DNA of 43,331 nucleotides. It comes from an uncultured Clostridia bacterium (lineage in GTDB: Bacteria > Bacillota > Clostridia > TANB77 > CAG-508). Below the pieces are notes generated by a model. That model did no database searches. It was not told the DNA's origin and saw only the letters and a program-made list of their open reading frames with translations. How positions within the stretch are numbered: position 1 is the first letter of the stretch; each line of letters opens with the position of its first letter. A program made the translations under genes and the position numbers. The DNA lies in NCBI GenBank assembly GCA_944391795.1, contig CALXUW010000031.1:1-43331 (forward strand), given 5' to 3'. Shown in pieces: positions 30,719-41,406 of the stretch.

Positions 30719-30746
30719 GATACATATAAAAATAAAGGAAGGAAGA

Positions 30747-31640
30747 ATGTATATGAAAAATACAATATTTAAAGGATGTGGAACAGCAATAGCAACACCA
30801 TTTACAAATGAAGGAATAAATTTTAAAGAATTTGAAAAATTGATAGAAGAACAAATAAAGGCTAAAGTAGATGCAATAATAGTTTGTGGAACCACAGGAG
30901 AATCTTCAACAATGACTGAAGAAGAAAGAAAGGAACTTATAAAATTTACAGTAAAGAAAGTAAATAAAAGAACAAAAGTAATTGCAGGAACAGGAAGCAA
31001 TAATACAAAAACTGCAATAGAAATGTCCAAATTTGCTGAAAATGAAGCCGGAGTAGATGGGCTTTTAGTAGTAACACCATATTATAACAAAACAACACAA
31101 CAAGGACTAATAGAACATTACAAAAAAATTGCAAATTCAGTAAGCCTTCCAATAATAATGTATAGCGTGCCTAGCAGAACAGGTGTAAATATATTACCAA
31201 AAACGTGTAAAGAATTATCCAAAATAGAAAATATTGTAGCAATAAAAGAAGCAAGTGGGGACATATCACAAGTTGCCAAAATAGCTAGTTTATGTAAAGA
31301 TGATTTAGATATATATTCTGGAAATGATGACCAAATAATACCAGTACTTTCTTTAGGTGGAAAAGGTGTTATTTCAGTATTATCCAATATTATGCCTGAT
31401 TATACAACTGAAATGATACAAAATTATTTTAAAGGTGAACAAGAAAAAGCCAAAAACATGCAATTAGAAGTTTTAGACCTAATAGAAGCTCTATTTTCAG
31501 AAGTAAACCCAATACCAGTAAAACATGCTTTAAATTTGCTTGGATACGATTTTGGAGAACCTAGATTACCGTTAATTGAATTATCAAATGAAAACAAAGA
31601 AAAACTAAAAGAAACAATGAAAAAACACAATCTTATTTAA
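30747..31640 (+). CDS. dapA: 4-hydroxy-tetrahydrodipicolinate synthase
   Basis: GCGTAIATPF, IVCGTTGESSTMT, YNKTTQQGL, AIKEASGD (active-site Lys context). Start is 30747 or 30753, after AAGGAAGGAAG. Confidence 0.88.
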   Translation: MYMKNTIFKGCGTAIATPFTNEGINFKEFEKLIEEQIKAKVDAIIVCGTTGESSTMTEEERKELIKFTVKKVNKRTKVIAGTGSNNTKTAIEMSKFAENEAGVDGLLVVTPYYNKTTQQGLIEHYKKIANSVSLPIIMYSVPSRTGVNILPKTCKELSKIENIVAIKEASGDISQVAKIASLCKDDLDIYSGNDDQIIPVLSLGGKGVISVLSNIMPDYTTEMIQNYFKGEQEKAKNMQLEVLDLIEALFSEVNPIPVKHALNLLGYDFGEPRLPLIELSNENKEKLKETMKKHNLI

Positions 31641-31676
31641 AAATTATAAAAATAAAAAAGAAAGGATGATAAAAAG

Positions 31677-32420
31677 ATGGATATATTATTAAACGGAGCA
31701 ACAGGAAGAATGGGAAAAGAAGTGGAAAAATACATAGAAAACCAAGAAGATATAAAAATAAAATGTGGATTTGGAATAGAAGAAATTTTAGACAAAAATT
31801 TTCCAATATATAACGATATAAATAAAATAAAAGAAAAAGTAGATGTAATAATAGATTTTTCTACACCAAAAGCTACTTTTAAAATATTAGAATATGCAAA
31901 ACAAACAAAAACTCCAATAGTTATTGCAACAACAGGATTTTCAAAAGATGAATTAAAGAAAATAGAAAATTTATCAAAAGAAATACCAATATTTATAAGT
32001 TCAAATATGTCAGTAGATATAAACTTAATGGCACAAATTGTGCAAAAAATAGCTAAGGTTTTAAGCTCAGCAGATATAGAAATAATAGAAACACATCACA
32101 ATAAAAAAATAGATGCACCAAGCGGTACAGCAATACTTTTAGCAGATGCAATAAATGAAGTATTTAATAAAGAAAAAACATATACATTTGATAGAATGCA
32201 AAAAAGAGAACAAAGAAATAAAAAAGAAATAGGGTTTTCTTCAATAAGAGGAGGAAATATAGTTGGAGAACATACAGTAGAATTCTTTGGAGAAAATGAA
32301 AGCTTAGAAATAACACACAAAGCATATTCAAGACAAGTATTTGCAGAAGGGGCTGTTAAGGCAGCAAAATTTCTTTTAAATAAAAATCAAGGCTTATATA
32401 ATATGAAAGATTTAACATAA
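31677..32420 (+). CDS. dapB: 4-hydroxy-tetrahydrodipicolinate reductase
   Basis: LNGATGRMGK, IVIATTGF, EIIETHHNKKIDAPSGTA. Confidence 0.88.
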   Translation: MDILLNGATGRMGKEVEKYIENQEDIKIKCGFGIEEILDKNFPIYNDINKIKEKVDVIIDFSTPKATFKILEYAKQTKTPIVIATTGFSKDELKKIENLSKEIPIFISSNMSVDINLMAQIVQKIAKVLSSADIEIIETHHNKKIDAPSGTAILLADAINEVFNKEKTYTFDRMQKREQRNKKEIGFSSIRGGNIVGEHTVEFFGENESLEITHKAYSRQVFAEGAVKAAKFLLNKNQGLYNMKDLT

Positions 32421-32516
32421 GGCATGGGATAAATTTGTGAGATTATTTCTGAAAAAAGTCTAAAAAAGAAATTAATTATATAAAAAAGTATGATAAGAAA
32501 ATATAAATATTAAAAT

Positions 32517-32551
32517 CAAAAAATCCAACTCTTTTTTAAGTTGGATTTTTT
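32517..32551. terminator. Bidirectional rho-independent terminator between dapB and ddh
   Basis: aaaaaatccaac-tcttttttaa-gttggatttttt: A-run, stem, T-run. Confidence 0.7.
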
Positions 32552-32698
32552 AGCCTGAATTAATTGGATTAATTGGATTAATTAAATTACAATAAATTCA
32601 AATTTTATTAATTAAAAAAGAAATGTTATTATACAAATATATGTAAATAAAAAGCACATATATAAAATACAATCTAAATTTATAGAAATAAGTCAAAT

Positions 32699-33685
32699 CT
32701 ACAAAGTTTCTTTTAATAACTCTTCTCTATCTTTTATTGAAAGTAATGAAACAGGAACATCTAATACACTAACAGCACCAGTTTTTCCTTCCTTATGCAT
32801 CCTAAATATAGCTCTAGCATATGCAACCAAAACGCTAGCGGTAAATTCAGGGTTAGAATCTAATTTTAAAGAAAATTCAGCGACTTGATTTACATTATTA
32901 CTAGTAGTACCACTTCTTAAAACAAAACCACCATGAGGAAGAGTAGAATGTTTTTCTTTTAACTCTTCTTCAGAAATAAAATGAACACAAGTATTATATG
33001 GTTCAAAATAATTAGGCATCTCTTTAATTTCCTTTTCTACTGCATCAGCATCTGCACCATCTTCTAAAACAACAAAACATTCCCTCCACATAGTTTCGCG
33101 AACAGACTTAAAATTAGGATTTTCGCCATTTCTAACTTTATTTACTGCTTCATCATAAGGAACTGTATATTGAACAGCATTTTTTACTCCTTTAACTCTT
33201 CTTACTGCGTCAGAATGTCCTTGACTCAAACCTCTACCATAAAAAACATAATTTGTACCATTAGGCAAAACAGCCTCTAATAAAGCACGGTTTAATGAAA
33301 ATAACCCTGGATCCCATCCACAAGAAATTAAAGATAATTTACCAGCGTCTCTTGCAGAAGTGTCAACATTTGAAAAATATTCTGAGATTTTTGCATGAGT
33401 GTCAAAGCTATCAACAGTATTGAACATAGAAGCAACTTTAGGTCCTTGAATAGGTAAATCAGTTGCAGATCCACCACATAAAATCATAACATCAATTTCA
33501 TCTTTCATTTTTTTAGCATCATCTACTGAAAATACTTTAGCATCTTTATTAATTGGAGAAAGTAAAGAAGGGTCACGTCTTGTAAATATTCCAGCTAACG
33601 TAGTATCAGGATTGTTATAAATAGCCTTTTCAACACCTTTACCTAAATTTCCATAACCGTAGATTCCTATTCTAATTTTATCCAT
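32699..33685 (-). CDS. ddh: meso-diaminopimelate D-dehydrogenase
   Basis: MDKIRIGIYGYGNLGKGVEKAI, ~328 aa, CGWDPGLFS, GLSQGHSDA. Confidence 0.8.
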   Translation of the reverse strand: MDKIRIGIYGYGNLGKGVEKAIYNNPDTTLAGIFTRRDPSLLSPINKDAKVFSVDDAKKMKDEIDVMILCGGSATDLPIQGPKVASMFNTVDSFDTHAKISEYFSNVDTSARDAGKLSLISCGWDPGLFSLNRALLEAVLPNGTNYVFYGRGLSQGHSDAVRRVKGVKNAVQYTVPYDEAVNKVRNGENPNFKSVRETMWRECFVVLEDGADADAVEKEIKEMPNYFEPYNTCVHFISEEELKEKHSTLPHGGFVLRSGTTSNNVNQVAEFSLKLDSNPEFTASVLVAYARAIFRMHKEGKTGAVSVLDVPVSLLSIKDREELLKETL

Positions 33686-33870
33686 TATAAAATCCTCCTT
33701 ATTTATTTAATTTTTAAGTATATTAAAGTCTTAATTTTATATACTTATTTTATACTAATAAATAAAAAAAATAAAGTAAAATTCAAAATAAATTTTAAAG
33801 AAATATATTGTAGAAATACTTAATTTCATAGTATAATATAAATATAATAGTATAAAAAAGGAGTGATATT

Positions 33871-34179
33871 ATGAGTGAAAAAATATATACAATTGATGAA
33901 ATAAAAAAAATATTAAAAGAATTTTTAAAAGATAAACCTGTATATCAAGTAATACTATTTGGTTCTTATGCAAAACACAAAGCAACAAAAGAAAGTGATG
34001 TGGATTTAATAATAGATACAAATGCAGAATTAAAGGGATTTGCACTAATAAAATTAATTTGCCAAATAGAAGAAAAATTGCAAAAAAATATTGATGGATT
34101 TGAAAAATATGAAATAATAGAGGATTCTTCAATTGACAAGGAAATAAAAGAAACAGGAGTTGTTGTATATGAAAAATAA
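33871..34179 (+). CDS. MNT-type nucleotidyltransferase (antitoxin of a HEPN/MNT module)
   Basis: ILFGSYAKHKATKESDVDLIIDT. Overlaps the next gene by 20 nt. Confidence 0.8.
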   Translation: MSEKIYTIDEIKKILKEFLKDKPVYQVILFGSYAKHKATKESDVDLIIDTNAELKGFALIKLICQIEEKLQKNIDGFEKYEIIEDSSIDKEIKETGVVVYEK

Positions 34180-34513
34180 AGAATATATGTCATTAAAAAA
34201 GATGATAGAATATATAGGTAAAGCATTGAGATATACTGAAGGGTGTGATTTTCAATCATTTTCAAGTAATGAAGAAAAAGTAGATGCAACTATTTTTGCG
34301 ATTAGCCAAATAGGCGAATTAGTTAAGAATATAAGTAAAGAGACAATTGAAAAATATACTAATATAGAATGGATTATTATAAAAAATTTAAGAAATAAAA
34401 TCGTTCATGATTATGAGGGAATAAAATTAAATCTTATTTGGGATATAGTAACAAATGATATAGTACAATTGAAAAAAGATTTAGAAGAGATAATAGATAA
34501 TCGTAATAGTTAA
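34160..34513 (+). CDS. HEPN (DUF86) domain protein, toxin partner
   Basis: Rx4-6H motif LRNKIVHDYEG; ~117 aa; translationally coupled to the MNT gene. Confidence 0.8.
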   Translation: MLYMKNKEYMSLKKMIEYIGKALRYTEGCDFQSFSSNEEKVDATIFAISQIGELVKNISKETIEKYTNIEWIIIKNLRNKIVHDYEGIKLNLIWDIVTNDIVQLKKDLEEIIDNRNS

Positions 34514-34529
34514 AAATAGAGGTGAAAAT

Positions 34530-34889
34530 ATGTCAAATTTTAGATATAATTATAATAAATTAGTTAGAGATAAAATTCCTGAAGATATTGATAGTGAACA
34601 AGGTAGAAAATGTAAGTATAGAATTTTAGATGATAAAGAATATTTAAAAGAATTAAATAGAAAAGTTTTAGAAGAGGCTAATGAGTTTATAGAAGAAAAT
34701 AGTATTGAAGAACTTGGAGATTTAATGGAAGTAATAAATGCCATAATGAAATTAAAGGGGTACAGTATGAAAGAAGTAGAAAAAATAATGAAAGCCAAAG
34801 AAGAGAAGAAAGGAGCATTTAATAATAAGATTTTTTTAGAATATGTTGATGAAGAAAAAAGAAGAGATTTTAATGGAACCAGATTATAA
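34530..34889 (+). CDS. MazG-like / phosphoribosyl-ATP pyrophosphohydrolase-like NTP pyrophosphatase
   Basis: YNKLVRDKIPEDI ... EEANEF ... EELGDLMEVINAI ... KKGAFNNKIFLEYV. Confidence 0.65.
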   Translation: MSNFRYNYNKLVRDKIPEDIDSEQGRKCKYRILDDKEYLKELNRKVLEEANEFIEENSIEELGDLMEVINAIMKLKGYSMKEVEKIMKAKEEKKGAFNNKIFLEYVDEEKRRDFNGTRL

Positions 34890-34987
34890 AATAAAATCAA
34901 TGAAAGAATTAATAGATATTATATAAAAAGGAATTTTCCTCCGAGTAAAAGCATAAAATTAAATAGCTTTAATTTGGAGGTTTTTTT

Positions 34988-35768
34988 ATGTTTTATGTAT
35001 TTAGCAAACAAAAAATATATACATATGTAGTATCAATAATAACAGTAGTAATTTTATTTTGCATAGCAGAAACTATAACGAATAAAGAGCAAACTTTTGA
35101 AGCATCAACAAATAATTCAAAATTATTACCAATATATAATGTAGAAACAAATGAAAACAAAGTAGCATTAACAATGAATTGCGCTTGGAATGCAGACGAT
35201 ATAGATTCTATCCTAAAAACCCTAAAAGAAAACAACACAAAAATAACCTTCTTCATGGTAGGCGATTGGATAGAAAAATTCCCAGAAGCAACAAAAAAGA
35301 TAAGTAAAGAAGGTCACGAAATTGCAAGCCATAGTAATACACATCCCCATGTAAACAATCTAACATATGAACAAAACATAGAAGAAATAGAAAAAAGTAA
35401 TAGCAAAATAGAAAAAATAACAGGAAAAAGGACCCAAATATATAGAGCACCATATGGAGAATACAATAATACAGTAATAAAAGCAGCTCAAGACAAAGGA
35501 TACTACACTATTCAATGGTCTCTAGACACTTTAGACTACACTCGGCCTAACAGGAGAACAAATGTGGGATAGATTAAAAGACGAAATAAAAAAAGGAGAC
35601 ATAATTTTAACCCACAATGGCACAAAAAATACAGCTAATAGTTTAGATATGCTCCTAAAAAACATAAAAGAAAAAGGATTAGAAATTGTACCAATATCTG
35701 AGCTAATATATTTTGACAATTACGAAATAGATGTAAACGGTACCCAAAAACAAATAAAAAATAATTAA
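34988..35768 (+). CDS. NodB-homology polysaccharide deacetylase (PdaB-like, ~259 aa), read through one in-frame CGG +1 site
   Basis: TM anchor, VALTMNCAW, ITFFMVGDW, HEIASHSNTH, IYRAPYGEY, SLDTLDYT-GLTGEQMWDRL...GDIILTHNGT...GLEIVPISELI. Confidence 0.85.
35543..35545 (+). other. In-frame CGG, +1 frame change (ACT CGG CCT)
   Basis: The zero frame stops at 35572. The +1 frame (GGC...) joins track ORF 35562-35768. This is the only site where the skipped C precedes GGC. Confidence 0.85.
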
Positions 35769-35833
35769 AAAATAGTATAAAATTACCAAAATAAGTTAAT
35801 AATAAAAATATAAATATTTTAAGGGGATAAAAA

Positions 35834-36349
35834 ATGTCATTTATTGGTATAGTTTCAAACCGAAAATGTTTTGAAAATATAAAGGAAAAATTACCAAAAA
35901 ACATTCAAGACCAAAACTTAAAATTAATTAACATAAATTTAAAAAGCATAGAAAACATAAAAAACATAAAGTTTGAAACAGTTATAATTGAAAGTGAATT
36001 AAATAAATTTAAAATGCAAGAAGAAAATTTAAAAAAAATTTGCCAAACAGCCCAATATATAATTATAAACACAGATATAAACAAAGAATATGACATAATA
36101 AAAAATGAAACTACAAAAATAATAACATATGGACTAAATCAAAAAGCAACAGTTACAATTTCAAGTATAACAAACTCTAGGTTACTAATATATCTACAAC
36201 AAAATATCCCAAGCAAGCAAGAAAAAAGTATAGAAATCGAAGAAAGAAGAATAAAAATAAATGAAAAAAATAATTTAAAAACATACGAAATTTTAATAAT
36301 TTATATAATTTCTAGAATTTATAATAATAGCATAATCGAGGAAATATAG
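35834..36349 (+). CDS. Hypothetical protein (171 aa)
   Basis: ORF with RBS AAGGGGA; no motif recognised. Confidence 0.45.
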   Translation: MSFIGIVSNRKCFENIKEKLPKNIQDQNLKLININLKSIENIKNIKFETVIIESELNKFKMQEENLKKICQTAQYIIINTDINKEYDIIKNETTKIITYGLNQKATVTISSITNSRLLIYLQQNIPSKQEKSIEIEERRIKINEKNNLKTYEILIIYIISRIYNNSIIEEI

Positions 36350-36388
36350 TAAAAATCTAACTTTTTTTAAAAAAATTAACTTTTTATG

Positions 36389-36417
36389 TAGACAAAACCA
36401 AAAAAAAGGAGTATAAT
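36389..36417 (+). promoter_or_regulatory. Sigma-A type promoter
   Basis: TAGACA (36389-36394), 17-nt spacer, TATAAT (36412-36417). Confidence 0.4.
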
Positions 36418-36490
36418 GGTAACTGTAAGTAAATAAAAAGCGTAAAAAACATACAATTGATAAATATAAAAAAATAGGGAGGAAAAAAAA

Positions 36491-37192
36491 TTGGATACAA
36501 ATTATTTAGAAAACAACTACTTAACATTAGTTGGAAAAGTTACAGGAGAAAAAAAATTCAGCCATGAAATATATGGAGAAAGATTTTACATTTTTAACTT
36601 ATCAATACCACGTTTAAGTGGAAACAGTGACATAATACCAATAACAGTATCAGAAAGACTAATAAAAGAAGATACATTACAAGAAGGCAAAAAATTATTA
36701 ATAAAAGGACAATTTAGATCATACAACAGTTATGAAAACGAAAAAAATAGACTAATACTAACAGTATTTGCAAAAGACATAATGGAAGTAGAAGAAAAAA
36801 ATGAAGAAGAAGAAACAGACTTTATAAAAAAAGACACCATAACAAACGAAGTAGTACTAGTAGGTTATATATGCAAAAAACCAATATACAGACAAACACC
36901 ATTTGGAAGAGAAATATCAGACCTTTTACTTGCAGTAAACAGAGCATATAACAAATCTGATTATATACCATGTATAGCATGGGGAAGAAATGCAAGATTT
37001 TGCCAAAACCTAGAAGTTGGTTCACAAGTAAAAGTAGTAGGAAGAGTTCAATCAAGAACATACGAAAAGAAACACGAAGACGGAAGTGTAGAAACAAGAG
37101 TTGCATACGAAGTTTCTGTAGGTAGCTTAGAAGTAATAGAAGAAAACGAACCACAAAAAGAAGTAGAAGAACAAAGCAAAGAAGCTGTATAA
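36491..37192 (+). CDS. SSB-like OB-fold protein (two OB-like halves, acidic tail)
   Basis: TTG start after GGGAGG. LTLVGKVTGEKKFSHEIYGERFY ... VVLVGYICKKPIYRQTPFGREISDLLLAV ... IPCIAWGRNA ... VVGRVQSRTYEKK. Confidence 0.55.
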   Translation: MDTNYLENNYLTLVGKVTGEKKFSHEIYGERFYIFNLSIPRLSGNSDIIPITVSERLIKEDTLQEGKKLLIKGQFRSYNSYENEKNRLILTVFAKDIMEVEEKNEEEETDFIKKDTITNEVVLVGYICKKPIYRQTPFGREISDLLLAVNRAYNKSDYIPCIAWGRNARFCQNLEVGSQVKVVGRVQSRTYEKKHEDGSVETRVAYEVSVGSLEVIEENEPQKEVEEQSKEAV

Positions 37193-37296
37193 AAAATAAA
37201 ATAATCTATAAAAAGTTTCAAAGGACTAGTCTTTTGAAACTTTTTTTGATATAATTTTAAACATAAATAAAAGCAAGAAAGGGCGATATAAAGCAA

Positions 37297-38973
37297 ATGG
37301 AAAAAAAACAAAATGATAAAGAAAAAAAGAAAATTTTAAGTAAAGATGTTAAATTTAATTTAATAGCAATTATTCTAATAGCAATTTTTTGTATAGCACT
37401 AACACCAGTAACACTGCAAAACGATACATTTTATACAATAAAAATAGGAGAGCACATATCACAATTTGGAGTAGATATGCAAGATCCATTTTCTTGGCAC
37501 GAAGATTTAGCATATACATATCCTCATTGGGGATATGACCTAATAACATATTATATATATGATGCATTTGGAATGACAGGAATATATATAACAACCTGTA
37601 TATTATCAGCAATCTTAGGAATATCAATATATCTAGTAAATACAAAACTTGCAAAAAATAAAGTATTTTCATTTTTTATAACAATAGGAGCAATGTATTT
37701 ATTAAGAAGCTATATATGTGCAAGAGCGCAACTTGTAACATTTATACTATTTATTTTAACAATATATTTCATAGAACAATTCTTAGAAACGAAAAAGAAA
37801 CGATATGTAGCAGGATTAGTAATAATACCAATATTAATTGCAAACTTACATGTAGCAGTATTTCCATTCTACTTTGTACTATACTTACCATATATTGCAG
37901 AATATCTAATTGCAATACTTGCAGAAACAGTCTTTTATAGAAAACTAAAAATTGCTAAATTAAAAAATAAAATAAAGAAACTAACCAAAAAACAAGATAA
38001 CGAAAAATTAGAAAAAGTAAAACAAGAATTAAAAGAACTAGAAGAAAATGTAGATAAAATAAAAATAAAAAGAACGAAAGAATTAAAAGATCCATATAAA
38101 ATAAAACTAGAAAAAAATAAAAATGTTAAATGGTTAATTATAATAATGATAATCTGTCTATTAACAGGATTTTTAACCCCACTTGGAACAACACCATACA
38201 CATACTTAATAAAAACAATGCAAGGAAATACAACCCAAAACATAAATGAACATTTACCAATGACATTATCCAAAGATACAGATGTAATATGTACACTAAT
38301 AATATTCTTAAGCTTACTAATATTTACAAAATCTAAAATAAGAATGAGTGATTTATTTATGTTAGGAGGTTTAACATACCTAATGTTAGCCTCAAGAAGA
38401 CAAGTAAGTATGTTTGCAATAGCAGGTTCAGTTATATTAAATAGATTAATAATGAATCTTGCTAACATATATGATAAAGAAATGCCAAAAAGAGCATTAG
38501 AAACAATCACCAAAAAGGTCGGAATACTAGTAATAACAGCACTAACACTTGGTTTAAGTATATATTTTGCAAAAGACAAACTAGATGATAAATATATCGA
38601 CGAAACGGCATATCCAGTTGCAGCATGTGATTATATTCTACAAAACATAGATTTAGGAACCGCAAGATTTTACAATGAATACAATTATGGAAGTTACATG
38701 TTATTTAGAGGAATACCAGTATTTATAGACTCAAGAGCAGACCTTTATGCACCAGAATTTAGCAATAAAGAAGAAGACATATTCTCAGACTTTATAGATA
38801 CATCAGGTATAGGTAAATTCTACGAAGATATTTTTGAAAAATACCAAATAACACATGTAATAACATACGAAAATTCAAAAATGAATATGATTATAACTAA
38901 AACAAAAGATCCAAATTATAAAGAATTATATAAAGACGACTATTTTGTAGTATATGAAAGACTAAATGTATAA
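37297..38973 (+). CDS. Large polytopic membrane protein (GT-C-like glycosyltransferase candidate) with a Lys/Glu-rich cytoplasmic insert
   Basis: ~12 hydrophobic segments, a coiled insert (KLKNKIKKLTKKQDNEKLEKVKQELKELEENVDK) and a soluble C-terminal domain. Family call is tentative. Confidence 0.4.
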   Translation: MEKKQNDKEKKKILSKDVKFNLIAIILIAIFCIALTPVTLQNDTFYTIKIGEHISQFGVDMQDPFSWHEDLAYTYPHWGYDLITYYIYDAFGMTGIYITTCILSAILGISIYLVNTKLAKNKVFSFFITIGAMYLLRSYICARAQLVTFILFILTIYFIEQFLETKKKRYVAGLVIIPILIANLHVAVFPFYFVLYLPYIAEYLIAILAETVFYRKLKIAKLKNKIKKLTKKQDNEKLEKVKQELKELEENVDKIKIKRTKELKDPYKIKLEKNKNVKWLIIIMIICLLTGFLTPLGTTPYTYLIKTMQGNTTQNINEHLPMTLSKDTDVICTLIIFLSLLIFTKSKIRMSDLFMLGGLTYLMLASRRQVSMFAIAGSVILNRLIMNLANIYDKEMPKRALETITKKVGILVITALTLGLSIYFAKDKLDDKYIDETAYPVAACDYILQNIDLGTARFYNEYNYGSYMLFRGIPVFIDSRADLYAPEFSNKEEDIFSDFIDTSGIGKFYEDIFEKYQITHVITYENSKMNMIITKTKDPNYKELYKDDYFVVYERLNV

Positions 38974-39042
38974 AATATTGGTTTATAGGTAAATCCAAAC
39001 TTAAAAAACCTAAATAAAATCATAAGGCAATAAGTAAAAAAT

Positions 39043-39600
39043 ATGAATAAAGAAAAAAATAAAATAAAAAAAGAATATATCATATTAATTATAATTGTTA
39101 TAGCAATAATAATGGTAGACCAAATAATAAAAATATATGTAAGTAATACTAATGAAATAACCATAATTAAAGGAGTATTAAACTTAAAAGTTAAGCAAAA
39201 TGAAAATTTAGACAATGGAGATACTTCAAACTCAGGCACAATGTATGTAATTGCTAATTTAATAATAATAGCAATTATGATTAAATTTATAACTAGGCAA
39301 AACAGCTATATAGATAAAAAATTCAAAATATTATTAAGTTTTATTCTAGCAGGAGCAATATCAAATTTAATAGATAGAATGTTTAGAGGATATGTAATAG
39401 AATATATAGACTTTAGCCAAATTATAAATATTCCAGTATTCAATATAGCAGATATCTTTGTAATAATAGGTTGGGTAGGATTTGCTGCAACATTTGCATC
39501 ATTTACAGTAAAAGAATTAAGAGAAAACAAAATAAATAAAGAAGTAAAACAAGAAATAGAAAAAGAAAAAATATCAAAAAAGAAAAAAGATAAAAAATAA
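39043..39600 (+). CDS. lspA: Lipoprotein signal peptidase (signal peptidase II)
   Basis: GAISNLIDRMFRGYVIEYIDF ... FNIADIFVIIG. Conserved lspA-rluD order. Confidence 0.85.
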   Translation: MNKEKNKIKKEYIILIIIVIAIIMVDQIIKIYVSNTNEITIIKGVLNLKVKQNENLDNGDTSNSGTMYVIANLIIIAIMIKFITRQNSYIDKKFKILLSFILAGAISNLIDRMFRGYVIEYIDFSQIINIPVFNIADIFVIIGWVGFAATFASFTVKELRENKINKEVKQEIEKEKISKKKKDKK

Positions 39601-39661
39601 AAAATAAAAAAATATTTGCTAAATAATAACGAATTGAAATTTAAAAATAGAGGAGAAAAAA

Positions 39662-40580
39662 TTGAAAAATATTATAGTAAACAAACAAGACGAAAACAAA
39701 AGAATAGATGCATATCTAGCTAAAATAGATGAAGGAATTTCAAGAGTTACTATACAAAGACTAATAGAAGAACAAAAAATACTTGTAAATAACAAAAAAA
39801 CTAAACCTTCATATAAAATACAAGAAAATGACAATATCACAATAGAAGAAGAAAAACCAAAAGAAATATCCATAAAAGCTCAAAATATTCCAATAGAAAT
39901 AATATATGAAGATGATGATATAATAGTAGTAAACAAGCCAAAAGGTATGGTAGTTCACCCTGCAAATGGAAACCCTGATGGAACACTTGTAAATGCAATA
40001 ATTGCAATATGTAAAGAATCTTTATCAGGAATAGGAGGCAAAATAAGACCAGGAATAGTCCATAGATTAGATAAAGATACATCAGGAATAATAATAATTG
40101 CTAAAAATGACAAGGCACACATAAATTTAAGCAATCAAATAAAAAATCATGAAGTAAAAAAAACATATATAGCATTAGCAAGAGGAATAGTAAAAGAAAA
40201 TGAAGCAACAATAAATATGCCAATAGGAAGAAGCCCAAAAGACAGAAAAAAAATGGCAATAGTAAAAACAGGAAAAGAAGCTATTACACATTTTAAAGTA
40301 CTAAAAAGATATCCAAAAGAAAATGTAACACTACTACAAGTACAAATAGAAACAGGAAGAACCCATCAAATAAGAGTACATTTATCTCGGTATAGGTTAT
40401 CCAATAATAGGAGACAATGTATATTCTAGTGGAAAAAATAAATGGAATATAGAAGGACAAGTATTACATGCAAAAAGTTTAGAATTTAATCATCCAATAA
40501 CAGGTCAAAAAATGAAATTAGAAGCACCTCTTCCAAAATATATGGAAGAAATAATAAATAGCTTAGATGAAAATTCATAA
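39662..40580 (+). CDS. rluD: 23S rRNA pseudouridine synthase, RluD family (~305 aa), read through one in-frame CGG +1 site
   Basis: TTG start. S4 domain RIDAYLAK...[59 protein letters not shown]...LHAKSLEFNHPITG. Confidence 0.9.
40388..40390 (+). other. In-frame CGG, +1 frame change (TCT CGG TAT)
   Basis: The zero frame stops at 40429. The +1 frame restores the RluD C-terminal motifs and ends at TAA 40578-40580. Confidence 0.88.
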
Positions 40581-40623
40581 AAATATAACATGTAGCGAAA
40601 ACAAAAAAGAAAAGAGGAAACTA

Positions 40624-41340
40624 ATGGAAGAACCAGTAAGACTACAAAAATTTCTATCAAACTCCGGTGTTACCTCAAGAAGAAAAGCAGAAGAACTAAT
40701 ACTAAACGGAGAAATAAAAGTAAATGGAAAGATAGTTAAAGAATTAGGAACAAAAATAATACCAAACAAAGATAAAGTAACATACAATGGTAGAGTTATA
40801 AAAGAAAAAAAAGACTATGTTTATATTTTACTAAATAAACCAATAGGATATGTAACAACTCTAAAAGATCAGTTCGATAGAAGCTCTGTATTAGATTTAG
40901 TAAAAGTAAATGAAAGAATAGTACCAGTAGGAAGGCTTGACATGTACACCTCAGGAGCACTAATTTTAACAAATGATGGTGATTTTGTATATAAAGTAAC
41001 ACATCCAAAACACGAAATAGAAAAAACATATACTGTAACACTAACTAAAATAGTAACTAAAAACGAAGTTCAAAAGTTAAAAGAAGGAATAAAAATAGAT
41101 GACTATATAACAAAACCAGCAAAAGTAAAAATTTTAAAAATAGATAAAGAAAAAAATCAATCAAGACTAGAAATAACAATCCACGAAGGAAAAAACAGGC
41201 AAGTAAGAAAAATGTGTGAACAAATTGGGCACAAAGTATTAGCTTTGCACAGGAGCAAAATAGGCGAAATAGGAGTAAAAGATTTAGAAATAGGAAAGTG
41301 GAGATACCTAAGAAAGGAAGAAATTGAAAAAATTATATAA
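40624..41340 (+). CDS. Pseudouridine synthase, RsuA/RluB family
   Basis: MEEPVRLQKFLSNSGVTSRRKAEELI (S4 domain), VGRLDMYTSGALILTNDG, GKNRQVRKMCE. ATG 40624 preferred over the track start 40567, which overlaps rluD. Confidence 0.85.
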   Translation: MEEPVRLQKFLSNSGVTSRRKAEELILNGEIKVNGKIVKELGTKIIPNKDKVTYNGRVIKEKKDYVYILLNKPIGYVTTLKDQFDRSSVLDLVKVNERIVPVGRLDMYTSGALILTNDGDFVYKVTHPKHEIEKTYTVTLTKIVTKNEVQKLKEGIKIDDYITKPAKVKILKIDKEKNQSRLEITIHEGKNRQVRKMCEQIGHKVLALHRSKIGEIGVKDLEIGKWRYLRKEEIEKII

Positions 41341-41406
41341 CAATTATTGAAAAAACAAATCAAAAAATATATAATAAAATAAACATAAGAAAAAAGGAGA
41401 AAACAA

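Noticed and set aside
30556-30746. A lysine (L-box) riboswitch upstream of dapA
   Set aside because: The leader is short and almost pure A/T, with none of the conserved G/C-rich helices. Only a plain sigma-A promoter is visible.
40567-40623. The track's upstream start (40567) for the RsuA/RluB-family gene
   Set aside because: That start overlaps the restored end of rluD (40580) and adds a non-conserved Lys-rich leader. ATG 40624 begins directly at the S4 domain.
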